64,000 nucleotides of DNA from Sedimentisphaerales bacterium (GTDB lineage: Bacteria > Planctomycetota > Phycisphaerae > Sedimentisphaerales > SM23-30): positions 416,001 to 480,000 of the forward strand of contig CAXXMR010000009.1 in the NCBI GenBank assembly GCA_963663805.2. The letters run 5' to 3'. The translations under genes were made by a program, and so were the position numbers. Below the pieces are notes generated by a model. The model saw only the letters and a list, made by a program, of their open reading frames with translations. It made no database searches and was not told the origin of the DNA. Shown here in pieces: positions 1 through 9,296 of the stretch; the first letter of the stretch is position 1; every line of letters begins with the position of its first letter.

Positions 1-2150
1 TCGAGGCCGGAATCGATAGTTTCACGCAGGTATTCTCTTGTTTGTCGGCAATCTTCGATCAGATTATTTAACGGTTCTTTGAGGCATTGGCAGGCGGTGT
101 GGGCGAACTGGTCGAGGTCGCGGTTGCTCTGCTCGAGTCGGAGTGCGAAGATACGCAGTTCTTCCTCTACCATGCGACGGTCGTGGATGTCTTCAAGGAC
201 GGTTACAAAATGCCCTTCCTGGGGGCTGTAGGCAGAGATTCGGAACCAGCGTTGATGAGCCTCGGAGAAATGCTCGAATTCGACAGATTGTCCTGTGAGG
301 GCGACTTTACCATAAGTGTCGAGCCAGTCGTGGTGGAATCCCTGAGTTTTTTCCTGAATTTCCTTTACTCTTTTGCCGATGAGTCGGTCTCTTTTGATGC
401 CGCAGAGGTCTTCAAAGACTTCGTTTACTTCGAGAAAGACGTAATCGATTGGTTCGCCGGTATCGTCGCAGACGATTTCGTGGTAGGCAAAACCGTTACG
501 CATTTTCTCGAACAGGGAATGGTACTGGTCATGGCCTTTGCGGGCCTGATCCTCGGCGTGTTTGCGTTCGGTGATGTCGGTGATGAACCCTTCGAGTGCC
601 ACAACTTCCATGCTTTCATCACAAATAGCTCGGCCTCTTTCCCAAACCCATTTGATTTGGCCTGAGATGGTTTTGATGCGATAGCTGATTTTGTAGGGGG
701 CACGCTGGGCGATGGCTTGCTGTATTTCGTCCCAGACTTTTTCCCGGTCCTCTTCGACAATCAGGTCGGCGTAAGAGATTTCAGTATTGTCCTGTATTTG
801 CTGGGCGGTGTAGCCGGTCAGAACCAGACAGCCTTCGCTGACAAATTCCATGGTCCATTGACGGTCGTTTCGACAACGAAAAGCGATGCCGGGCAGATTA
901 TCCATTAATGTTGCCATGGCCCGCTGTTTATCGCCGAGCTGTCGCAGGGCCTCCTGGCGGTCCGAGACATCTTCGACCATGTTAATTATATAGTTGGGCT
1001 TGCCTCCTTCGCCACGTACCAGAGAGGCCGTTAGGCGGACCCAGACGTTTGCACCGTTTTTGCGGACGAGGCGATTTTCGAGCTGATAATGGTCGCATTG
1101 GCCTCGGACCATTTTTGCGAAAATAGAGACGCTGTCAGATTGATTGGCGGGGTGAGTGAAATCGGTAAAGACTTTTTTGCGAAGTTCGATTTTGTTATAG
1201 CCAAGCATTTCCTGCAGGGCACGGTTGCTCTCAAGGGCTCTGCCGCCCAGGTCTACCAGAGCGATGCCGATGGCAGACCCCTGGAAAATCGCTCTGAGAC
1301 GTGCTTCGCGTTCACGGAGGGCCTGTTCGCTGATTTTTAACTGCTGGACGGAAAGGTTGAGTTCTTCTTCAGCCCATTTACGCTCGCTGATGTCGCGAAT
1401 CATAACCAGCATATGCTGGCGGCTGCTGTGAATGAAAGTACTGGACCGAAGTTCAATGTCGACCAGTGTCCCGTCTTTCTGGCAGGCCACAGCTTCAGAC
1501 TGAAACCCGCCGCTGCTTTGTACGCCCAGACGCATTTGCTCAAAAAGGTGCTGATAATCGGTGTGGAGAAGTTCGCGAGCGGAAAGATTGGCGAATTCGT
1601 CTTGAGAATATCCGTAAAGACGCAGGGCCTGAGGGTTGGCCTGGATGATTTTAGCTTCGGGGTCGAGAACGAACAGGGCATCGCCGGCCGCATCGAAAAT
1701 AGCATGATATTGCGTTTCGCTTTCTCGGAGGGCTTTTTCGGCTTGGGCGAGACGGTGTTCCTGATTTATTTGGCTCAGGGTCTGACTGACGACTGAGGGC
1801 AGTAAGTCCAGAAAGTTATGGTCTTTGACCAGATAGTCGCGGGCACCCTGCTTCATCATGTCTACGGCGAGTTTTTCGTCACCACGCCCCGTAACCAATA
1901 TGAATGGTATATGGCGATCGTGGCGGAGAAGTTCTTCAACAACTTGGCTGCCGGTCATGTCGCTGAGCTGATAATCCAGCAGCATAAGGTCGGGAATGTG
2001 GTTATCTATCCAGTCGACGGCCTCGTGACCGCTGTTTACGTAAACGGCCTGCATCCCTGAGCGGCTGAGCTGTTTCTGCATCAGATTGGCCATGCCGGAA
2101 TCGTCATCGACAACAAGTATAGCATTTTCGCGACAGAGAGTGTCGGTCAT
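1..2150 (-). CDS. REC + multiple PAS + degenerate HisKA-like sensor protein, runs off the left edge
   Basis: Manual translation from ATG 2150: MTDTLCRENAILVVDDDSG...DLMLLDYQLSDMTG (receiver). Several PAS/PAC ends follow (RDISERK, TDITERK, EDIHDRR), then SNRDLDQFAHTACQCLKEPL. Both ends are in the same frame. It is absent from the ORF track, consistent with no stop inside the window. Confidence 0.9.
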   Translation of the reverse strand, partial: MTDTLCRENAILVVDDDSGMANLMQKQLSRSGMQAVYVNSGHEAVDWIDNHIPDLMLLDYQLSDMTGSQVVEELLRHDRHIPFILVTGRGDEKLAVDMMKQGARDYLVKDHNFLDLLPSVVSQTLSQINQEHRLAQAEKALRESETQYHAIFDAAGDALFVLDPEAKIIQANPQALRLYGYSQDEFANLSARELLHTDYQHLFEQMRLGVQSSGGFQSEAVACQKDGTLVDIELRSSTFIHSSRQHMLVMIRDISERKWAEEELNLSVQQLKISEQALREREARLRAIFQGSAIGIALVDLGGRALESNRALQEMLGYNKIELRKKVFTDFTHPANQSDSVSIFAKMVRGQCDHYQLENRLVRKNGANVWVRLTASLVRGEGGKPNYIINMVEDVSDRQEALRQLGDKQRAMATLMDNLPGIAFRCRNDRQWTMEFVSEGCLVLTGYTAQQIQDNTEISYADLIVEEDREKVWDEIQQAIAQRAPYKISYRIKTISGQIKWVWERGRAICDESMEVVALEGFITDITERKHAEDQARKGHDQYHSLFEKMRNGFAYHEIVCDDTGEPIDYVFLEVNEVFEDLCGIKRDRLIGKRVKEIQEKTQGFHHDWLDTYGKVALTGQSVEFEHFSEAHQRWFRISAYSPQEGHFVTVLEDIHDRRMVEEELRIFALRLEQSNRDLDQFAHTACQCLKEPLNNLIEDCRQTREYLRETIDSGL

Positions 2151-2564
2151 CAGTTTCACTTTCTTGCTTGGGGTTGCCGAAATACCACAAAACATCCCGA
2201 TAACTTAGACAACTTGCGATGTCAAAAGAGTATACAGCCCATTTCCTGTAAAGGCAAGGATTTACATTCCTATAATTTGGTATGATTCAAACCGTGAAGG
2301 ATGGTCCATGATAATTCATATTATTTCCTGCTGTTTTTCAGGACGATTATGATAAAAAATTTATGTGGGGCGGCTTGGCATGAGTTCGAATGGAGCTGCA
2401 ACTTGTTTATTATTAAGATATTATACTTTCTGCGGCTTGAAGCAGGGTGTTTCTTGGGGTTTTGTTTTGTGTTTTTGAGGTAAGATATGGAGCCTTGGTG
2501 TTGATTTTAACACTTATCCTGTAACTCACCCTAAAAAAAGTCTGGGAAAATCTGATTCTTATGG

Positions 2565-2593
2565 TTGACTTGTTTCGGCAGAGCCACTATAAG
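2565..2593 (+). promoter_or_regulatory. sigma70-type promoter of tRNA-Ser
   Basis: TTGACT-17 nt-TATAAG about 80 nt upstream of the tRNA. Confidence 0.6.
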
Positions 2594-2674
2594 TATCTCC
2601 CGTCCAGTGATTTGACAGGTGCCCCGGACCCGTGGCGGATGGCTGTGGTTGTGAGTGTTTGTCGGTTCTGGTCT

Positions 2675-2765
<91 letters not shown>

Positions 2766-3152
2766 TTTTTGGGTGAAAAATGCGGTTTTTGGCCGTTTAA
2801 AGGCTGTTTTTCGCTTGGCTCCCCTGTCTGCTCAAAAGGGTTGCTCCCCGTACCATTCGATTTTCGGAATTGCTAAAATGATTAACGGCCATGTGTCCAA
2901 CTCGGGACCCCGAAGGGTGCGAAAAAAGCCTGCGTTCTACGTTTTGTAACTGGCTGTGCCGCCAATGTTTATGGCGGCAAGATGTTTTGTGGTGTTTTTT
3001 CGATTGTTTGGCGATCTATATCAACCAAATTTATCAGTATCGAAATTTTCATCCGACATTTCATATTGCCGCTGCCCTTTGTTAAAACAGAGAGCGTATC
3101 TTCTGCGACTAAACCTGAATTTTTAGACATTTTACTGCTCTAAATCTATTTT

Positions 3153-3803
3153 GACGCCACCGCCAAAAGTTGGGGAGTGGCTGATATCCCATAAGTGTTT
3201 TTTTCGTATTTTATGTAGTTTTTTGGTTGCGAAGCCGGGTGTTTGCGTTATAATTTAAGTTGTTATATGGCAAGCAGATAGAGCAATTATACGTAAGATT
3301 ATTGACCCGTTACAAACTCGGCTTTTTGACTGTTATGACTCGGTTTTGACCGATCAATCTCGTTGTCGGTTGATAAATGGCTGGCAGGGGGTTTTTCGTC
3401 ATGTGATTTTGGAGCTGATGCCGGTCATCAGCCGGTTTCCTCCAGCCACGATGAAACCACCGATGCGTTTCGACAACGCTATCGCATCCGCGCTGGGATC
3501 GAAGCAACCAACAGCGGCCTCAAACGAAAAAACCGGCCTGGGCCGCCTACGCGTGCGAGGCCGACTGCGGGTGTTCAATGCGATCTACCTCAAAATCACC
3601 GGCTGGAATATCATGCGGGCCGCCGCCTGCGCCCAAATGCGCCAAATCGTCTGCCAAAGGGCCTACATGGCCGTTTTTAGCCATTTGAAAGCCGCCCAGG
3701 ATCGATATGGGCTCAAAACACTATTTGCCACGCACCGGCAACGATATAAAAAATCTGCGAGCCCAAATATCGCAGCCTAAACGATACTTTTGACGGTGGC
3801 GTC
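3153..3803 (+). mobile_element. internally deleted, non-autonomous insertion sequence (IS1182-like DDE)
   Basis: 18-bp terminal inverted repeats GACGCCACCGCCAAAAGT (3153-3170) and ACTTTTGACGGTGGCGTC (3786-3803), 17/18 match. Flanked by direct repeat TATTTT (3147-3152, 3804-3809). Contains only a transposase C-terminus. Confidence 0.85.
3363..3780 (+). pseudogene. C-terminal fragment of a DDE transposase (frameshifted)
   Basis: Joining two frames gives FRQRYRIRAGIEATNSGLKRK/TGLGRLRVRGRLRVFNAIYLKITGWNIMR, resembling the IS1182/IS5-like DDE C-terminal motif. Confidence 0.8.
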
Positions 3804-3807
3804 TATT

Positions 3808-3955
3808 TTTAACAATTTGCATTCAAGTTGTGAAACAGAGTTGGCAAAAAAACACGGAATGTATACGGCGGCCTGCTGGCTGGGCAGTACCCCCAAAGTA
3901 TCGCTTGCGGGTTACAGAGGCCGACTTTGAGGAGGCAGCGCAAAATGCAGCGTAG
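3808..3955 (+). pseudogene. C-terminal relic of a tyrosine integrase
   Basis: FNNLHSSCETELAKKHGMYTAACWLGSTPKV, then after a frame break LRVTEADFEEAAQNAA*. It resembles planctomycete integrase tails (NLRxSxETEL...WxGNS...HYLQVTDxDF) but the catalytic HY segment is missing. It points toward a tRNA 3' end. Confidence 0.65.
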
Positions 3956-4076
3956 CAAGTGCAAGAAAGCACTCGCAGCCAGAAGCAGGGAAAAACGTCG
4001 AAAATCATTATCCCCAGCATTTGTAGTAACTTGCGAGAACTTGCTAAATATTGCAGTACCAATAATTTACATTCAA

Positions 4077-4149
4077 TGGGCCCAGAAGGATTCGAACCTT
4101 CGACCAATGGATTATGAGTCCACTGCTCTAACCGCTGAGCTACGGGCCC
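4077..4149 (-). tRNA. tRNA with CAT anticodon, probably tRNA-Ile2 (lysidine)
   Basis: Reverse complement GGGCCCGTAGCTCAGCGGTTAGAGCAGTGGACTCATAATCCATTGGTCGAAGGTTCGAATCCTTCTGGGCCCA. G1-C72 is paired and there is no GGG/CCC anticodon stem, so it is not the initiator tRNA. Confidence 0.9.
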
Positions 4150-4349
4150 TACAGGTTATTACCTGTTAGACAAGGTTTTATATCGTATTGGATGGTTGGT
4201 GTAAAGGGAAAAAGTGGGCGCGGAATTGCCTGAAGGGTTGTTTTTTTCGTTTTTTTTTACGTTTTTTTTAGTTTTTGCTAAATTTTAGGGATTTTTGTAT
4301 CATTTTTGGACGTTGTTTGGTGGTTTGTTTTAGATTTTTTGGTGGTATT

Positions 4350-5864
4350 ATGGAAAAACTGAATTTGATACCCTTTCCGGTGAAATCTGTGGTGAAACCG
4401 GGTGGTCTGGATGTGGGTGGTAAAATACATATCAACCGCAGTGACGAACTGGTTGGGCCGGCGGATTTTCTGGCGGAAAAACTTCATTTATGGGGTATTG
4501 AAGCTCAGGCTGGGGCTGGGGTTTCTATATCGCTCAGGCTGGACGATTCTTTGTCGCGGCTGGGTGAGGAAGGTTATCAGCTTAGGGTTAATCCTGAAGG
4601 CGTCAGTATAGTTGCTTTGGGAACGGCGGGGATATTCTATGGGATACAGACGCTGTTAAATCTTCTGCCGGCGGATTACAGTGCGGCGAAAGTTTTGCCT
4701 TGTATTGAAATTGAAGACTGGCCGCGTTTTTCCTGGCGGGGGACCATGCTGGATGTTTCTCGTCATTTTATGCCGGTGGAGTTCATCAAGAAATGGCTTG
4801 ATTTGATGGCAATGCATAAGCTGAATATTTTTCACTGGCATTTGACCGATGATCAGGGCTGGCGGCTGGAGATTAAAAAATATCCGAAACTGACCGCGAC
4901 CGGTTCGGTTCGGGCCCGGACGCTTCTCACTCATATTCGTGCCGAAGGTGAGCGGGTTTACGAGGAAAAAGCATATGGCGGTTATTATACTCAAGAGCAG
5001 GTTCGGGAAATAGTCGCTTATGCTGCGAAATTAAATATTGAGATTATTCCTGAAATCGAGATGCCCGGCCATGCGTCGGCGGTTCTGGCGGCTTATCCCC
5101 ATCTGGCCTGTCCGGGTTATGAGCATGAGGTTAAGTGCGAATGGGGGATTTTTGATGATATTTACTGTGCGGGCAGCGAAGAAGTTTTCGGGTTTATCGA
5201 CGATATTTTTGCAGAAGTAGTTTCGCTTTTTCCCAGTCAATATATTCATATCGGCGGTGATGAAGTGCCGACCGAGCATTGGCAGCAATGTCCGCTTTGT
5301 CAGCAGAGGATGCAAGATATTGGTCTGGATGATGAACGTGAATTGCAGAGCTATTTTATTCAGCGGGCGGAAAAGATGCTGGAGAAGTATGGTCGCAAAC
5401 TTATCGGCTGGGATGAGATACTCGAAGGCGGTTTGGCTGAAAACGCGACGGTAATGTCGTGGCGAAGTTTTGAAGGCGGCCTGAAAGCGGCCCGTCAGGG
5501 TCATCATGTTATTATGTCTCCTTTGCAGCATTGTTATTTTGATTATTCCCAGACGGACCGTTCAGATGAGCCGCTGGCGATAGGGGGGCCTTTGACTATT
5601 GAAACGGTTTACGAGTTCAATCCCATTCCTGCGGAGCTTGAGGGTCAGTATCATCAATACATTTTAGGCGGTCAGGGTAATATCTGGGCTGAATATATCC
5701 GAACGCCTGAAGCGATTGAATATATGAGCTATCCGCGTCTGATTGCGTTGGCGGAAGTATTATGGGGGACTGGCAGGGCGGACTATTCTTTTTTTGCGGC
5801 TCGGCTGGGTGGGCAGTTGCGGCGGCTGGGTAATTTCGATGTTAATTACTGGGGGAAGGCATGA
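4350..5864 (+). CDS. beta-N-acetylhexosaminidase (GH20)
   Basis: DWPRFSWRGTMLDVSRHF, HWHLTDDQGWRLEI, EIEMPGH and catalytic HIGGDE motifs; ATG 4350 preferred over the TTG at 4275. Confidence 0.93.
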   Translation: MEKLNLIPFPVKSVVKPGGLDVGGKIHINRSDELVGPADFLAEKLHLWGIEAQAGAGVSISLRLDDSLSRLGEEGYQLRVNPEGVSIVALGTAGIFYGIQTLLNLLPADYSAAKVLPCIEIEDWPRFSWRGTMLDVSRHFMPVEFIKKWLDLMAMHKLNIFHWHLTDDQGWRLEIKKYPKLTATGSVRARTLLTHIRAEGERVYEEKAYGGYYTQEQVREIVAYAAKLNIEIIPEIEMPGHASAVLAAYPHLACPGYEHEVKCEWGIFDDIYCAGSEEVFGFIDDIFAEVVSLFPSQYIHIGGDEVPTEHWQQCPLCQQRMQDIGLDDERELQSYFIQRAEKMLEKYGRKLIGWDEILEGGLAENATVMSWRSFEGGLKAARQGHHVIMSPLQHCYFDYSQTDRSDEPLAIGGPLTIETVYEFNPIPAELEGQYHQYILGGQGNIWAEYIRTPEAIEYMSYPRLIALAEVLWGTGRADYSFFAARLGGQLRRLGNFDVNYWGKA

Positions 5865-6020
5865 GGCATGAGGGTGACGGCGAGGTGCCTGCCTTCGGCA
5901 GGGTTGTTTTTATTTTAACGGCAACGGCAACCGCTTACTGACGTGCGTGTAAGAAGGCAAGAGGGATGAGGCAAGAGGCAAGAGTGAACGGCGAGGTTTC
6001 GGCCTTCGGCAGGGGGTTTT
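5855..6020 (+). repeat. dispersed intergenic repeat (GAGGCA[T/A] heptamers + hairpin), two tandem units
   Basis: GAAGGCATGAGGCATGAGG...ACGGCGAGGT..GCCTTCGGC occurs twice; related copies at ~14047, 17804, 60245, 63508. Confidence 0.75.
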
Positions 6021-8065
6021 TATGTTGCCAGTAACAGATTGATGGTTTCTATGATTCGGTTGATGGTAACGGGGCAGGGCAGTACTTCGAAGCGTCGGTC
6101 TTTCATGAAGTTGTCTTCCAAGACAATATTGGCTTTGGGTGAGAACAGGAGCAAAGGCAGGTTGCTGACCTCGGCTTTTTGTTCGAGTTCTTTGTATCGG
6201 GTAGTCAGCATAACTCTTTCTGACGGGGCTTTGATATAACCAATACCGATATTGGGTTTTCCAATCCCTTCGCGGCTGCGCAGTCTGTCGCAGAAAACTC
6301 TGATGCTGTCGGTTTGGGGATGGGCACTAATATAAATCGGGTCGAAATGGTAATTTAGTTTGTCTCTGACCTGATTGATATACTGAGGCCAGTTTTGCAG
6401 ATTTGAATTAGCGAGCAGGGCGAACTTGACATCGTCGGTCTGGCCGGGTATTTTTTCTTCAATGGTCTGGACGATTTCTGGCTTGAGAGACAATACGGGA
6501 ATAAACTCGTCGGTGGGATAAATAGTTGGATTTCCGCCCATGCCGAGCATTAGTGCGTGTGAGAGTTTGTTGGCAAGTGAAAGTATGGCGACTTCCTCTA
6601 GCATTCTGGGCGCGACTCTGCGGATATTACCAAGTGAGAGCGAATGCAGGGCAACGGGGTTAATAAGTTCGGCGGGGAATTTCCAGGTGTGCAGGATTCG
6701 GTCCATAGCATCGGCGTGATTAACCAGCAACATTCGGGATTCGATTTGCTCCAGGGGCAACTCCAGTCGATGGGAGATTTCCAGGACTTGCCTGTAGGTG
6801 TCGCCGAGCTGGTCCATATAAATCAGTTTGCCGATATCATGGAGCAGGCCCATAGTGAAGGCGACATCGCTGGACATTTTTTTCTCGCCCAGAGCTACGG
6901 CAAGCTCGGCGGCAATCAGACCTGTGGAGATACAATGTTCCCAGAATTGAGGGAGGTTAAGCAGGTCGTTTTTAACGTCGCCAGAAATTTTGTCGATAAT
7001 TTCGATATTTAATACCGCCTGCTGAATTTGCGTAATACCAATTCTGAGTACGGCTTTATGTACGGAGTCAACGGGTTCTCCTCTGGTATAGGCTGCGGAG
7101 TTGGCTAATTTAAGGATTTTTAGTGACACAGCATGGTCCTGTTTGATAATTTTGGCGATGCTGTCGATAGAGCAGTTAGGCTGACGAGACATTTTGAGTA
7201 CCTGGGCGACCGTAGGAGAAAGTCCTTTGAGTTCTCCGCAGTTGTCGAGAAGGGCTTTGATGTCGGTTCGGGTCATAATGGGTTTGAGCTCGTTAAACTC
7301 GGCATCGGCATCGATGTCAAAAGCAGGCAGCTGTATTCTGGTCTGGGTTGTGCCGGGGGCATCATCCTGATTTCTGCTATCCGTGAAGTCGATGTTGATT
7401 CCCGCTGAGGATGTTTGCAAATTTGCATCCGGCATCGCGTTATTTTCAATACTCTTGGTCGTTTCCTCGATTACTTTTGGGCGTGGGCTTAGATCTCCGC
7501 CGAGCAGTTTGAGGGATTTTTCCAGCTCCATATCGATACGTTGAATCAGATTGTCGTAATCCAAATCATCGGCATCGAGCGAGATTCGGGCGGGATTAAG
7601 TGATGAGATAATACCGGGTCTTTTGTTTTCGAGCAGATACATCAGTGCGGTCTGGCTTTCGAACTGGGTTATGAGGCTTTGGAGTTTTTCGAGCAGACTC
7701 TGATATTGCAGGGCCCTGCGGATGGTTATTACCAGGTCGAGTACATTACAGGGTTTTACCAGGAATCTGTAGACATCCCCTTCGTTAATGGCTTTGTAGG
7801 CTGCTTCGGTATTGATTTGGCCGGTGAGCATAATACGGATAATCATAGGGTATTTGCGTCTGAGCATTGCCAGCAGTCCGGAACCGGGCAGTCCGGGCAT
7901 ATTTTCGTCGGAGATAATGAGGTCGATTTTCTTTTTTTCGATAATCGAGAGTGCCTCACTGGCATTTCCGGCCGTGAATATATTGTACTTTTCTTTGTAC
8001 AAAGCACGTTTCAGGGCGCTGGTGAGTTTGACTTCATCATCTACAAGTAGAATGGACTGAGGCAT
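6020..8065 (-). CDS. response regulator with REC + HDOD domains and a C-terminal receiver-like tail
   Basis: ILLVDDE...IISDENMPG...FLVKP; HDOD motifs KILKLANSAAY, FWEHCISTG, GLLHDIGK. Confidence 0.88.
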   Translation of the reverse strand: MPQSILLVDDEVKLTSALKRALYKEKYNIFTAGNASEALSIIEKKKIDLIISDENMPGLPGSGLLAMLRRKYPMIIRIMLTGQINTEAAYKAINEGDVYRFLVKPCNVLDLVITIRRALQYQSLLEKLQSLITQFESQTALMYLLENKRPGIISSLNPARISLDADDLDYDNLIQRIDMELEKSLKLLGGDLSPRPKVIEETTKSIENNAMPDANLQTSSAGINIDFTDSRNQDDAPGTTQTRIQLPAFDIDADAEFNELKPIMTRTDIKALLDNCGELKGLSPTVAQVLKMSRQPNCSIDSIAKIIKQDHAVSLKILKLANSAAYTRGEPVDSVHKAVLRIGITQIQQAVLNIEIIDKISGDVKNDLLNLPQFWEHCISTGLIAAELAVALGEKKMSSDVAFTMGLLHDIGKLIYMDQLGDTYRQVLEISHRLELPLEQIESRMLLVNHADAMDRILHTWKFPAELINPVALHSLSLGNIRRVAPRMLEEVAILSLANKLSHALMLGMGGNPTIYPTDEFIPVLSLKPEIVQTIEEKIPGQTDDVKFALLANSNLQNWPQYINQVRDKLNYHFDPIYISAHPQTDSIRVFCDRLRSREGIGKPNIGIGYIKAPSERVMLTTRYKELEQKAEVSNLPLLLFSPKANIVLEDNFMKDRRFEVLPCPVTINRIIETINLLLAT

Positions 8066-8081
8066 AAATGTACCTTAATTT

Positions 8082-9296
8082 TCAGGCTAAACACGTTTCT
8101 GCCGAAAGAATATTTTTCCAATGGTTCAATTTATGAAATATTCCGGTATTTTGTAAGTAATCAATGTTAAGGAAAGGGATTTTTTCTACGGCGTCATATT
8201 CATTAAGGTTGACATTTGCGAAGCAGTCGGCGACGTGTACATAGGTAAGTGCTTTGATGTTATCGCTTTCGACGAGCGTTGGTTCATGGTGAAATCTTAA
8301 TGCTTCGATGATTGAATTGTCGAAACCCCAGAGTCCGAGCAGGTAAGGTCCGACGATGTTATGTCCCGTGCCGATTATTTGTAGTTCGGCATCCAGAGAG
8401 GTGATATTTTTTTTGTGGCTAAGTGCTGCCACCTTTTCATATTTTTCGGGCAGTTTTGCTATAAGGACCAGTTTTCCGATATCATGGAGCATTCCGGCGA
8501 TTACGGCGTCATCGGCGAGATTTTTTTCGACCTCGTCATCCGTAACAATAGTTCTGACATACTTACTGACTTTGAGGCTGTGTTTCCAGAGTTCGTCTAT
8601 GGGGGTATTTTCATCTATATTGACGCAGAACTGGGCGAAGATTTTGACAAACAGTACGAGTGAAGAAACGGTTTCGATTCCCAGGTATTTGACCGCTTCG
8701 GAGATATTTGAGACATTTTGCCTGAGTCCATAGAGTGCGGAATTTACGATTTGGAGGATTTTGACACTCATGCCCATATCCTGCGAGATTATGTCCGCTA
8801 TGTCCTTTATAGAGGCATCTTCGGATCTGAGTTTGGTTATCAGTTGCGTATAAATGCTTGAGATGCAGGGCAGGGCTTCGAGCTGGGTGATGATTTTGTA
8901 AAGTTCGGGGTTTTCGAACATCATTCTGATGGAGTGGATATGATTAATTTTTGAAGCGAGTTCCTCCGCGTTGCACGGTTTGGAGATGTATTGATGTATA
9001 GGTCCGATTGATTTAAGGATAGATTCTTTGGATGTCTGGCCTGACAGGGCAAAACGAATCATGCCGGGGAATTCATCCTTGACGAGGTTTAAGAGTTTAA
9101 CTCCATCCATGCCGGGCATGCGGATGTCAGATACGATGACATCGAATTCCTGTTTATGCAGTAAGTCTATAGCTTCCTGAGCACCGAGAGCGAAACTCAT
9201 TTCCCATTGGTTTCTCATGGAATAGAGGGTTCTTCGGAGTCCCTGCAGGATTCGCGGTTCATCATCGACAAAAAGGATGTTCATTTTATCGTTCAT
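8082..9296 (-). CDS. REC + HDOD domain protein
   Basis: ILFVDDE...VSDIRMPGMDG; KILQIVNSALYG, LWKHS, GMLHDIGK, RFHHEP. Confidence 0.9.
   Translation of the reverse strand: MNDKMNILFVDDEPRILQGLRRTLYSMRNQWEMSFALGAQEAIDLLHKQEFDVIVSDIRMPGMDGVKLLNLVKDEFPGMIRFALSGQTSKESILKSIGPIHQYISKPCNAEELASKINHIHSIRMMFENPELYKIITQLEALPCISSIYTQLITKLRSEDASIKDIADIISQDMGMSVKILQIVNSALYGLRQNVSNISEAVKYLGIETVSSLVLFVKIFAQFCVNIDENTPIDELWKHSLKVSKYVRTIVTDDEVEKNLADDAVIAGMLHDIGKLVLIAKLPEKYEKVAALSHKKNITSLDAELQIIGTGHNIVGPYLLGLWGFDNSIIEALRFHHEPTLVESDNIKALTYVHVADCFANVNLNEYDAVEKIPFLNIDYLQNTGIFHKLNHWKNILSAETCLA

Noticed and set aside
87..2060. Several plus-strand ORFs of 60-192 aa
   Set aside because: They are antisense shadows of the long minus-strand sensor gene. 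The same applies to most short overlapping ORFs in the track.
4077..4149. Initiator tRNA-fMet
   Set aside because: Position 1-72 is paired and the anticodon stem lacks the three consecutive G-C pairs.
5855..6020. Possible CRISPR array from tandem GAGGCA repeats
   Set aside because: Units are heptamers and degenerate hairpins without constant-length unique spacers; no cas genes in the window.
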